Shown here piece by piece: positions 41,310 through 52,556 of a stretch of 64,000 nucleotides of DNA. The notes beneath the pieces are model-generated. The model did no database searches. It was not told the origin of the DNA and worked only from the letters and a program-made list of their open reading frames with translations. Every line of letters begins with the position of its first letter. The stretch's first letter is position 1. The stretch comes from Camelus dromedarius. Lineage: Eukaryota. Where the stretch lies: positions 66,714,001 through 66,778,000 of the forward strand of contig NC_087436.1 of NCBI RefSeq assembly GCF_036321535.1. The letters run 5' to 3'. The position numbers were made by a program, and so were the translations under genes.

Positions 41310-42272
41310 ATTTTATAGACAGCGTCTGCAGTTGGACACTTACAGGCTTACAGATGTAACCTGTCCCCAGCAGAACTACTGCTTACCAACTTGTCCCCAG
41401 AGGAACTACTGCTTACCAACCAGTCTTGCTCCTCCTAATCTTTCCCCATAAATGGCAATTCCTTTCCTCAAGGTACTCAGGACAAATAATTTATAATTAT
41501 CATTGACTCCTCTCTCTTTCTCACATTCCACAGCTAATCCACAAGAAGCTGTACTGTGATTGCCTCCAAAATATCTACAGAATTAAACTACTACTCTTCA
41601 TCTTGTTAGAGTACTACCCTGATCTAATCCACAATGAGGTGTGAACAGTGACAGTAGTCTTCTCACTGTCTTCCCATTTAAACACTGGCTCCTACCATCT
41701 GTACTCAACACAGAGGCCTTACTGATCCTGTTAACGCAGAAACAAGATTCTGTCACATCTTGGCTCCAAAGCTCAGATTAAGAGGGGGTCTTCATAGGGA
41801 CCAGAGAGTTCACACTGTACCTAACCTTGTACTACAGCTTCAAGTTAAACTCTCACCAGACTCCTCTCATTCATTCCGTTGAAGCAACAATGATCTTCTT
41901 GCTGTTTCTTGAACGTTCTATGTAAGTTCTATTCGCGCCTTGCAGATCTTTCTTTCTACAACACACTGCCCCCAGATGTCTGTAAGGCCCACACCTTCAC
42001 TTTATTCAAGCCTTATCAGAGAGGTCTTTCTCTAAATAAAATAGAAACCACCAACCCTCAATGGAAGCAATCCTTAATCTCCTAACTTGACTTTACTTTT
42101 TTTCATTTAATATATTGTAAATATATTTGTTCAATTAGTTTCTGCCTCTCCAACACAAAGGTAAGCTCCATAAAGGCACGAACTCAGTTTGTTTAACCTC
42201 TACTGTATCCCATTGATTAATACAGATAGACATGTACTAGGTGATCAATTAATACCTTTTTAATAAATAAAT
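41310..42272 (+). mobile_element. L2a-type LINE 3' portion
   Basis: aaatggcaattcc...cattgactcctctctctttctcaca...gtaagctccataaaggca...tactaggtgatcaattaatac...taaataaatg. Confidence 0.8.
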
Positions 42273-42329
42273 GTTTCTTGTCAAGTATATACTGAATAGT
42301 GCAATATGAGGTTGGTAATCTATACTGCT

Positions 42330-42570
42330 TAAGAGACTTGGTTTTGGAATCATACAGAACTTTGTAAATCTGGCATTATTCTGTGCTAGTTTTATGATAT
42401 TGGATAAGGTATTCAACTTCTTTAAGGTTCATTTTTCCCACCAGTAAAATAAGAACAAATACTAGTGTCTACAGGATTGCATTATTGTGCAGATTAAAGG
42501 AGATAATACATAAAGTGCATTGACTTAGTATATCCTTAAAGTAATCTTAATGAGTAGTAGTAGTTATAAC
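42330..42570 (+). mobile_element. MIR SINE
   Basis: ttggataaggtattcaacttctttaaggttcattttt...gtgcagattaaaggagataatacataaagtgc. Confidence 0.65.
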
Positions 42571-42774
42571 TGTTATATTTATATGCGAGATCCTGTGAAA
42601 AGATCCTCATGCAATTTCTTTCATATGAATTTTATTTTTTTTCTAATTCACCCATGGTTTTATAGAATAAAGTTGTTTAAATTAAAATACAAGCTATATA
42701 TCACTCTAACTCAGTTTAAATGTTTACCTTCCCTGCAATTTAGTCATTGACTCATTTAATATCATTCATATCTT

Positions 42775-43291
42775 TTAACTGCGATGTTGAGAATTGTTTT
42801 ATTTTTCTTGAACCAAATTGCTATTTTTTGTTTTTATTTATTTGTTTTTTTAACTGAAGTGTAGTCAGTCCACAATGCTTTGTCAATTTCTGGTATACAG
42901 CATAATGGTTCAGTCATACATATACATACATATATTTGTTTTCATAGTCTTTTTCATTATAGGTTACTACAAGATATTGAATACAGTTCCCTGTGTTATA
43001 CAGTATAAACTTGTTGTTTATCTATTTTATATATATTGTTAAGTTTCTGCAAATCTTGAACTCCCAATTTATCCCTTCCCACCTCCTTTCCCCCCTGGTA
43101 ACCATAAGTTTGTTTTCTATGTCTGAGTCTGTTTCTGTTTTGTAAATAAGTTCATTTGTCTTTTTATTTTTAAGATTCCACATGGAATACTACTCAGCCA
43201 TAAAAAAGAATAAAATAATGCCATTTGCAGCAATACAGATAGACCTGGAGATTGTCATTCTAAGTGAAGTAAGCCATAAAGAGAAAAAAAG
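42775..43291 (-). mobile_element. Camelid-type L1 insertion with 5' inversion and extra 3' sequence; perfect 15-bp TSD
   Basis: TATCATTCATATCTT at 42760-42774 and 43292-43306; minus-strand L1 3' end 42824-43183; plus-strand L1 segment atggaatactactcagccataaaaaagaat... 43182-43291. Confidence 0.92.
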
Positions 43292-45994
43292 TATCATTCA
43301 TATCTTAAAAAAAAATTCTTTTTTAATTACCTAATGTGTCTGGCGCTGTGATAGACACTAGGGGTGCTATGAACAAATATCCATTTTAAGAAGCTCATCA
43401 TGTAGTAAGGATGATAAACCATGTAGAGAGATAACTGTGATACAATGGACCACATGACAAAGTGCAGAGAAATGTCACTAGAGTTTATAACGTTGTCTCT
43501 GGCTGAGAATTCATTCATTCAACAAATACATGAAACACTACACATGCCGAGTACTGAACTAGAAACACACAGGTGAGCAAAACAAAACAGAAACCTCTGC
43601 TCTTTGAAGTTTGTATTCTAATGTATAATTGGGACCCTTTCTTTGACTCAGCTATTCAACATTACTGAGCAGTCTACTCTATGCCAGGCAGACACTGAGG
43701 ACAGAAGGAAAAATGCAGATAAATGACACTGATCTCATGGACAAGGTCACATGTGAATTAAACCTGAAGGTCAAATGGAGCTGAGGAAAGTGGGGAGGAC
43801 ATTCTAGGGCTGAATGAAGTATCTCCAAGGGACAGCATAAGAACTAGGTAGAGCTTTCTGGAAAGGAAATAGTGTAATATGGAGATATGGCCAAATTGTA
43901 TCAGGTAAAGTATCAAAGTGTATGTATTTTGCTTGATTTGTTTGTTTGTTTGATGATGAGACAGGAGAGAAGAGTGATTGAGTAAAATGTATGGAATGGA
44001 CTAATGTGGGAAAATACCAAAATGCGTGGACTAGTTTGAGGATTGTTGGATTAGCCCTGGGTAATATATAATAAGAGCCTGTAAAATAAAATTTGACTTT
44101 GTAAGATAGGATGAAATACAATAGTTGAAAGATAATCACAAGTTTACATAAGAAGTCAGAGTTGTCTGACAATTTAAATAATCAGTTATCATTGAATGTG
44201 TTATCTCCTCAGACATAGACAGAAAATAGGGAGATATTCTTTTAATTTTTCTCTAATATTTTGTTTAAATTTATTAATTTTACAGGAGAACTAAGTTTCT
44301 TTGTACATGATCCTAGATTAAGCAATATAACTACAAATAATTTTAAGACTCCATAGAAATATTCCTTCAGTCAATTTTGATAATATTTCCATGGGTGGGA
44401 AAAAAATAAATCTTAAAGAACTAAGGATGCTGCAGTGGGAAAATAATAATTTTCCCCCCTTTTAAATTTTATTCCTGAATCTATTTAAATAGTTAAAGCT
44501 GGCACTGTGTATGTGACATTAAAGCATCTTGCATGGCGAATGAGTCAATGAAGCCAGGACCTGTGGGTCTTTTACATCATTTGTCACAAGGCCTCTCTAG
44601 AATATACACCTATTTATGATGTGTCCCGTTTAACAGCAAATCACAGAAGGAATCTGAATGAGGGCCCATGTTTTGGGCATGTAGGGCGAGTGACACAGGA
44701 AAGAGAACGGTTCATCATGACACTGCCCATAGGAGTGCTACTTCAAACTCCCCACCTTAGCTTCAATCAGAAAAAAATCACAAGATTTAGTTGCACTTAT
44801 GTCTCATTATCTGTGTGCTGCAGGTTGAGAATAATTGCTGAATAAATTAGCATCAGATCAGAGAGCATGAAATTAAGGACACAAATAAAGTGAGTTGCAA
44901 CATGGTAAATTAAAAACAAGTTGAAGACTTCCTAGGTTGAACAGCAAGAGCTTCATTTATTAAGGGGAAATACAGTTTCAAGTCACATGGAACAAAAAAA
45001 TAAGACAAAGAAATATTTTAAATATTTACATTTTGCTTTACATGTATGGGTAGCTTCATGGAGCAACATCAAACAGCATATGTGATTAGGAGATTGGAAA
45101 TTTTAAATCTGTATTTCCAATCACAGGACTGGTTTTTAGACTATACTTTACAGAATTTAAATATGATCATTTGTTGCTAATGACATTTGCTTCTAAAAAT
45201 AAAGATTTCAAGTGCATATAACATGGTATATGCCAAATTTAGTTGTCTTACGATGAGAAGTTCAGTTGTCTTATGCTGCCTCAGTCAGAACCCATGCACA
45301 TAAAACAAGTTTTGTAATAAATTAGGGGTCTAAAAAAGTAGGTGAATATTAGTTCTAATAATTTGGCAGTCTTGTCTACTAATATCTGATGCATTCACTT
45401 AAACAGATTAAAATAAATACTTATTCACTGCTCTAATTACCTGCAATTTTGTTCACAAATACATCTTTATTTAGTCTGCATAAAAATTTTATAAGGTACA
45501 AATGATTTTTTTTCTTTTTGTGTGACACTGAGGCTCAAAGTGTTTAACTAAAGTGACCATGGATTGGTTTAGGTTTAGGTGTAATGGGTTTGCATAAATA
45601 TTTAGGACATTATCTGTTTCTTCAGGAGCAGACTATTTTGGCTAGGGAGCTGAAAAATACATTCAAAGGAGACAAAATTAAATGAAAGGGTTGAATAAAA
45701 ATTTTGGACAAATGAAGGAACATTACAGGCAGTTGCAAAAATCCTTATACAGCCACAGTGTTCACAAGAAGGAGTGATTATTTCAGGGTTAAGTGATGGT
45801 GGATTGTTTCGTGGAGGTGATGAAATTTGAATAGGGTTCCGAAGGAAACGAAAAAGTAGTGAGTACAAAGATTGAAATTTCAAAGAAAGAGGCAATGTAG
45901 GCAGGGCACAATATCAATTAAAATAGATTAGGAATGAAATGGCTATGGAGGAGTTCAGAGCACTGGAAGAGAGAGACATGGAAAAGAAATAATC

Positions 45995-46215
45995 ATGCAT
46001 TTATTAAGTAGCTACTCTGTGTCATGCTCATCCTAAACTCGACCTGTGTTAATTCATATCACCTTCACATCACTATGAAGTATTCTTACCCCACGTCATT
46101 GATGAGGAAAGTAAGGGTTTGAATGTATAACTAACTTACACAGTCACATAGTAGTGTATTGCAGAAGCAAAATAAAAATCCGTGGCTAGATCCATAGCCC
46201 ACTTTTCTGACTATT
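45995..46215 (-). mobile_element. MIR SINE
   Basis: catttattaagtagctactctgtgtca...gatgaggaaagtaaggg...gtcacatagtagt. Confidence 0.65.
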
Positions 46216-48317
46216 CTGTAGGGACTGTCTTCTGTAATAGTAACAGTGATCTGGCGCTGTTCTACACATTATAGCTTAACTCATTACAGGGTAGACTGGC
46301 TGCATATGGGGTTTTACATATACCCTGGGTCATAGGAAGTCATGGTCAGAGTTTATTTGAAGAAGTTAAATTTAGAAGTCATATTAAGGATTAAATGAAG
46401 ACATGAAATTTATCAAAATATTTTACATACTTCTATTACTATGACTATCGTGAAGAACTATGCTTTCTAGTAGATACTACCCTGCCCACATAGGAAATCA
46501 TTTCACTCCACCGCTGTTGTTGTAATTCTTGTTTCTACAGTATCCAGCCCCATGTACTACCACTGATGTCCTTCAAGGTCCTTCCCCTCAGATGGATTAT
46601 AGTCATGTTCAAATTTTGATTTCTTTTTTTAAATTCTTTTAAAAAAATTCTGATTTCATTTTATTTTACCTGTAATCACCCCCCTCACATCATCTTATTT
46701 AGAATATTCTGCCTCATTCATCATAGGGCATGATTTTTGTAAAATATTTTAATTTATTTTATTCCTTCAAAAATACATATTTTTTCTTTGTCCCTCATCT
46801 GCCTTATGTCCCTGGCTTCCATCATTTTTTAGGAACTTATTTGTTCTGATTAGACCTCAGAATGCCCTTTTTGCTCCAACAATCCTGTCTTCAGGTAGCC
46901 TTCAAGGAGGAAATAATGCGTGGGCATGTACTCAGCTAGGGGAAAGAAGCATATTTAAGTTTTAAAGAAACCCACATGACTGCAAGTAATTTTATTCCTA
47001 TGTTACCTTCCTCTATGGGCATTCTTGCTGGAGACGTGTATCTCTTTGAGACATGGAGAAAAACAATCTCCCAGCAATAGAGGCTGATTCAGAAGTTCTG
47101 CCAATCATCAACATGATATGTTTAGCCACTATCTTTTCTAGGACTTGTGAGAGGCTCTGTGTTCTCATCTGTGACCTACTGCGAATGAATCATGATTTTG
47201 GAATTAAGTGGTAATAAACCAGGTAAATTTTTTTGTTTGTTTCTTTTGCTCCTTTTTATTGTAGAAAAGGTTGTGTTTTTATTGTTGCTGTTGTTTGTGT
47301 TTAGTTTTCCATATTTAAAATCAGAAGGGCATAAATGGATAGCCAATGAACTGAAATTACTTAGTAGGTTGAGAACAGTTATTGAATATTACATTGCTCC
47401 TACACATATTTGGCATATATAATTTAAAACTTGATTAATAGCAAATGGAATCTGAACCAATGCTTGAAAGAAAGTAAACAGTGTTCCTTGCCAAATGTTT
47501 CAGATGGTTTTACAAAGTAGTGTGTAAGATATGAGGGATAAAGGAAGGGACCAGAACACATAGGAATGGCCAAGAAAAAAACGGATTAAAAGAAAATAAA
47601 AGTCTCAGTTATGTGTCTCATAACTACCTTATAGGATGACTGAAAAATTATTTGAAATCCTTATACTGGCAAGCTCAACGCATAACCGCATTTACAAGAC
47701 ACTAACAAGAATTTAAAAGAGGTGTGAAATTCTAGATATTTCTGAGTAAAAATAGGATTTGCTTAACAAAATAACTAGTCTCAAGGAACTTTCCCCATCT
47801 TCTGAGGCTGTCACTTTCCCTAGAACTATTGAAATATCTCAATGAAAAAGGTGAATAAAAGAAATACATCTGGCTATAAAGAATGGCTTAAAAGGTGGCG
47901 GGCACCTACGGTGGCAGTAATCCTATTAAACATTAAACTTCAATGCCTCAATCACAACTTTGAAGTTAATATTTCATTAGGATAAAAAGTGAAAGAGCCA
48001 GGAGAAAAAAAAAAAAAAAGGATACTTTTACTGTTTCTTTTATCTGGGTACACTTTCTCTGGTGCTGAATTCACAGTAAGTGATTTAACACAAAGGTTTA
48101 AAAAAAATAAATAGAAATTCAGGTTCATTGAAGATCAGCTTTGACAAGAGTCTGCTAAAACACAGGAAAATTATTATTAATATTAGAGAAATCATTAATG
48201 GAATTATTATGGCCAGTTTTCTCTCTCTATATTCATCATGAAATTAATAATAACCTAATAGAAGAAATTCAGGTATTTATGATCACACACACATGCATAA
48301 TTAGCCATTGTACTTAC

Positions 48318-48503
48318 TTTTGGTCACAACACCTTCTAAGTGAATGATGTTAGGATGGTCAAACTGCCCCATGATACTTGCTTCACCCAGGAAATCTCTG
48401 CGTTGCTTTTCAGTATAGCCTACTTTAAGAGTTTTAATCGCCACAGGTAATTCTCTTTTTCCTGGAAGTTTCAAACGTCCACTGCAAACTTCACCAAATT
48501 CAC
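48318..48503 (-). CDS. EPHA5: EPHA5 kinase exon (~12), 186 nt, [28 protein letters not shown]...HLEGVVTK(S)
   Basis: Gly-rich loop end and VAIK catalytic Lys; atcacaAG acceptor, GTAAGT donor; inside ORF 48301..48528. Confidence 0.97.
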
Positions 48504-49197
48504 CTTGTGATAAAGATGTTAAAAACACATAAACTCATCACAAACCTTTATTCTAATAACACTCTGAAGTTCTCTTAGAACACTAAGGTTTAGACAACAC
48601 AGAGTTAAAGGGGGGTCCAAACTTTCTTATCAGTGTTAGTAGAAATTAATGGTGCATTGGGAAAAATCATCTACAGGTGATCATAAAACACGTTGAGGGT
48701 TATTAGTTTCATCCATGTCACCTACGGAAATCTTAACGGAAACATCAGAAAGAAATTAAAAGCAACTGAAAACCACTTTCTTCCTTTTCTTTCTACTCTA
48801 GCAGTGACATTGAGAAGAGAAAAAAAAAAGTACAAAAAGAAAACAGTCTTAAGGGGAAGAGATGATTCATAAATAGAACTGGGAGCTTGAATTTCGTAAA
48901 TACTTTTGGGCAATACAAATTATAAACATATATATGAAATATAATAAACAATAGATGTGAAACACTATGTTTGAATATACATTTTTTTTTGGTTTATTAC
49001 TTCATAAACCAGACATTTGCTGGTTTAAGTATGAGCTACACAGAAGGTAGCATTAAAATATGATCAATTATACAACACTTTGAAAGCAAGTCAGTTACAA
49101 AAGATTAAAAATATTCTGCATTAGGTTAGGACACTGACACATTATGTTCTATAATCTAAACTCAGGTTAAAAGTCAGAGTTCAACACACTGTCCTAC

Positions 49198-49323
49198 CTG
49201 CTCCAATGACTCTTTCAATGGTGATGCATGAAGCTTCTATCTCCTTGGCAAATTCATGAACAGCTTGGTTGGGATCCTCATAGGTATGTGGATCAATATA
49301 AGTTCTTACTCCTGGCAGTTTAA
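49198..49323 (-). CDS. EPHA5: EPHA5 exon (~11), 126 nt, (I)[41 protein letters not shown](G)
   Basis: tttacAG acceptor, GTAGGA donor; contains the Eph juxtamembrane autophosphorylation motif [11 protein letters not shown]. Confidence 0.96.
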
Positions 49324-49731
49324 CTGTAAAAGTAAATGGGCATTAAAATAGAAGTGCTTGTGATGGATGAGTGAAATTATAAACGTTTATTAATGCGCAA
49401 CTGTGGCCTAAATCCATAATTCCTAGAAGTGGTAGAGCTGCAAGGACAGACCCTCTTCTGAGTTACAGGAGTCATTTGTCCAGCTATCTCACTTTTATAA
49501 TGTTAGAAATCTGGATTGTTGGCATGCACAAGAAGTGCATATGGGCCGACATATTTGAGTAAATACATCTTTCAACAATAATGTTCAAGGAGTCAGTCTC
49601 AGACAAACTAAGACACTTTTGTTTATTAAACTGGGCAATGAAATGATATTCGTTCATATAGTTGCTGGTTTGTTTCCCATGTTTTACTTAAAATATCACA
49701 GATGATTAATTTAGGTTTTACAAAAAATAGT

Positions 49732-49870
49732 CTTTTTAATCTTTGTTTGGTTTTTTGGAAGGGTAGGTAATTACGTTTATTTATTTATTTAATGGACATA
49801 CTGGGGATTGAACCCAGGACCTCGTGCATGCTAAGCATGCATTCCACCACTGAGCTATATCCTATAACCC
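49732..49870 (-). mobile_element. tRNA-derived SINE, camelid Vic-1 type
   Basis: Minus strand TATAGCTCAGTGG (A box)...GCATGCTTAGCATGCACGAGGTCCTGGGTTCAATCCCCAGT (B box), (TAAA)n, A-rich tail; TSD TTACAAAAAATAGT (49718-49731) / TTACAAAAAATAAT (49871-49884). Confidence 0.88.
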
Positions 49871-50777
49871 TTACAAAAAATAATTTAAAGTAACTTTTCT
49901 GGTGCTTTGTTCCTGTAAGACTGACATAGAACTCGAAAGGAAAAGAAAAGTTCTCTCTTCCTGTTGCTGCAGGGCCTTATACAAGACTCTAAGGTTCTAT
50001 GAGCTTCAGTTTCATCACATTTTAATGGCAACTGATATTACCCTCACAGTGTTTTTTGAGGATAAATAACATTAAATAAGATAGGGCTATGAAAATGAAC
50101 TAAAAAATTCACTGCCACATGAATTATAGGTTTAATGATTTTGACTTTCATGGTCATGGCAAAGTGACAAAAAAAAAAAACCTCTTTCTGTCATTTACTT
50201 GGCAAATCAACTCACACCATACTATTTATGAAAAAATGAACATGTTGAAATACCATTAATTAGAACCCATTTAAGCTAGTTTTTAAAGCTCATTATTAAA
50301 ATTGATATTCTGCATTTCTTAAAAGTGTAGATTTTTTTCAAGTCATTTGAACCAAGGTTGCTGCTACAGGATCTGCTCAGGGAAATTTCTGCCAAATGCT
50401 AGAAAAAGAAGAAACAATTGATTCATTTAATCTGGTGGTATTATTTAATGATATATTTCTACTGACTGTTGTTAAGAATTAGAACTGGTCTGGAAATTTG
50501 GTTTGCAATATTATAGCTTTTTATATTAAGCAAAAAGGTTTCATTTTAATGATTATAATGAAAGTATGCTTTAAAGAAGTGAACAAACCATCCAATCGTT
50601 GCCTAGGGTCAGTCGGCAATGCCCCAAGCCCATGTGCTTTAGAGAAATATAACAAAACATATTTTTGAACACAATATTTTCGGTCAGTTATTGTAAATTT
50701 CTTGTCTGAAAAGGAGCCAAAACAACAATAAAGTATCCCCTACTTGGTTTTAGTTTGATTTTTTACAGTTTGCTTAC

Positions 50778-50845
50778 TGTGCCCATTATGAAAATGCATC
50801 TTTTCCTCTTCTGGATCTTGTTTTGCTTTGCTGTAACCACACCGC
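50778..50845 (-). CDS. EPHA5: EPHA5 juxtamembrane exon (~10), 68 nt, [22 protein letters not shown]
   Basis: ctgttccAG acceptor, GTAAGC donor; manual translation (not in ORF track). Confidence 0.93.
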
Positions 50846-51199
50846 CTGGAACAGAGTAAGCTACAATTAGCCACAGCTCCAAGCGGTGAAGCACATGGAG
50901 CCCAGAAGCACGTAACACAACTGAAATGATGGCAAACTTAAGTGATTTTCACACCAGTTGGATGAAATAACACCAGTACTCTTTTGGATGAATTCTATTT
51001 CTTCAGCCAGTATCCCTCACTCTTGCCCAGATTTCACTGAGAAGTCTGCAGCTATCCAACCCTATTTTTAAACTTTTCTTCCCCATAGACCACACAGACA
51101 TTACTCTGTTCCCTTCCTCTTGGTCTTTTTTTTTTTTGTCATATCAGAGGCCCCTGCCTTTTTTCAGGATGAACTGTCCCAATTAGGTCCCCGATTCAA

Positions 51200-52556
51200 T
51201 AGTCTACTCCTTTCAGCCCGTCACGCTATCATTTCATTTTATTTTCCTTCTCTTGTTTTGGAGTCTTTAGTTTCTCCACTGGCTGTTTCCCACTCACATC
51301 CGCTCAGAGATCACTATCAAGTTCACCAAGACCTGCCACCCTCTTGCTCCACTCTCCAAATCTTCATCTCTCCTGTCTTCTTCAACTACTTCCTAATGTG
51401 CAAGTCCTTTTTACCTGCTCTTAATGATTTATAAACATCTGCCCCTCTAATATTCACTGATGACATACTCATTGCTAAATCCAGTGACTTCTTGATTTTT
51501 AATCATTCACGAGGGACTGAAGTCCGTAACTACTTTCTGATGCTTCTTACTCCTCTTTTCATTTCTGTGAATGTTTTCATAGGTCCTCTGTACCAACTTC
51601 TCTGGTTCTCTCCTGTCAATATATCCATTTCTATCAATTTAATTAATACCTCTGTCCTCTTGGTTTAATTCTTTTGAGAGTTATATTCTTATTCTTAATA
51701 GATTTACTTTATAGGGATATTCACTGGCATTCAGACTCAATAGATCTGAAAAAGAAAACAGTATCTTCCTTTTTACTTTCAATCTTGATCTGCTGCCTTC
51801 TTCTCCGTTAATAACACTTCCGTGGCTTTGGTACCTTAAGATCAAAGCCTACTCTTGTGTACCTCACAACAAATTAGTTGCCAAAGCACAAGCATTATAT
51901 AACATAAATGTCTTTTGATCCATCTCTTTCATTTCATTGGCTCTACATTTTCAATTAAGACTTCGCTATTTTTCATTTGGATTACTATCAGTGCCTCAAA
52001 CGATGCCTCTGCATTCTGTAACTGCTTTCCTAAATTCTACTAGATGTGGCTGTTGCCAAATTACCATAAATTAGGTATTTTTATAGTGTTAGCACTTTCC
52101 TGCAAAATCTTCAATAAAATTAGAAGGTAAAGTTTCCTAAATGTGGCCCTAATGCACATTTTCTACATCATCTCTAAGGCAGTTCTCTGTGCTTCCATAC
52201 CTTCACATACACTGGTTCCTGACCTAGGATGCTCTTCCTAAAAATTTCCAATGATCAAAGTCCAGCTCAATTTTTGCTTTCTTCACTTTTTTTTCCCCTA
52301 ATACCCTAGCTTAATGCAATCTTCCCCTCTTTGGACCCAGTAGCTTTCTGTATCCCTCTCATGGAGTGATTCTCATTCTACAAAGCAACATAGTCATTTG
52401 AGAATGCCTTTTGGCTCTCTTACTATTATTGCCAGTTTCCTGAATGGCAGCAATTAGCATTCATCTATAAATTTCTGAAGTGACCTAGCGCCTGCCTCAG
52501 GGTTGGCACCAAAAATATTTGTCACATTGATGAATGAATAAATGAATGAGTGAATG
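51200..52556 (+). mobile_element. Degenerate L2 LINE ending in (TGAA)n
   Basis: cactgatgacatactcattgctaaatccagtg; 3' end gtgacctagcgcctgcc...aaatatttgt...tgaatgaataaatgaatgagtgaatga. Confidence 0.65.

Noticed and set aside
48504..48525. AAG acceptor with a modest pyrimidine tract before the first kinase exon
   Set aside because: Exon length and phase fit neighbouring exons exactly; AAG acceptors are uncommon but normal.
49795..49870. Possible tRNA gene
   Set aside because: The tRNA-like head is followed by a SINE body, A-rich tail and TSD, and the acceptor stem is not intact; it is a SINE.
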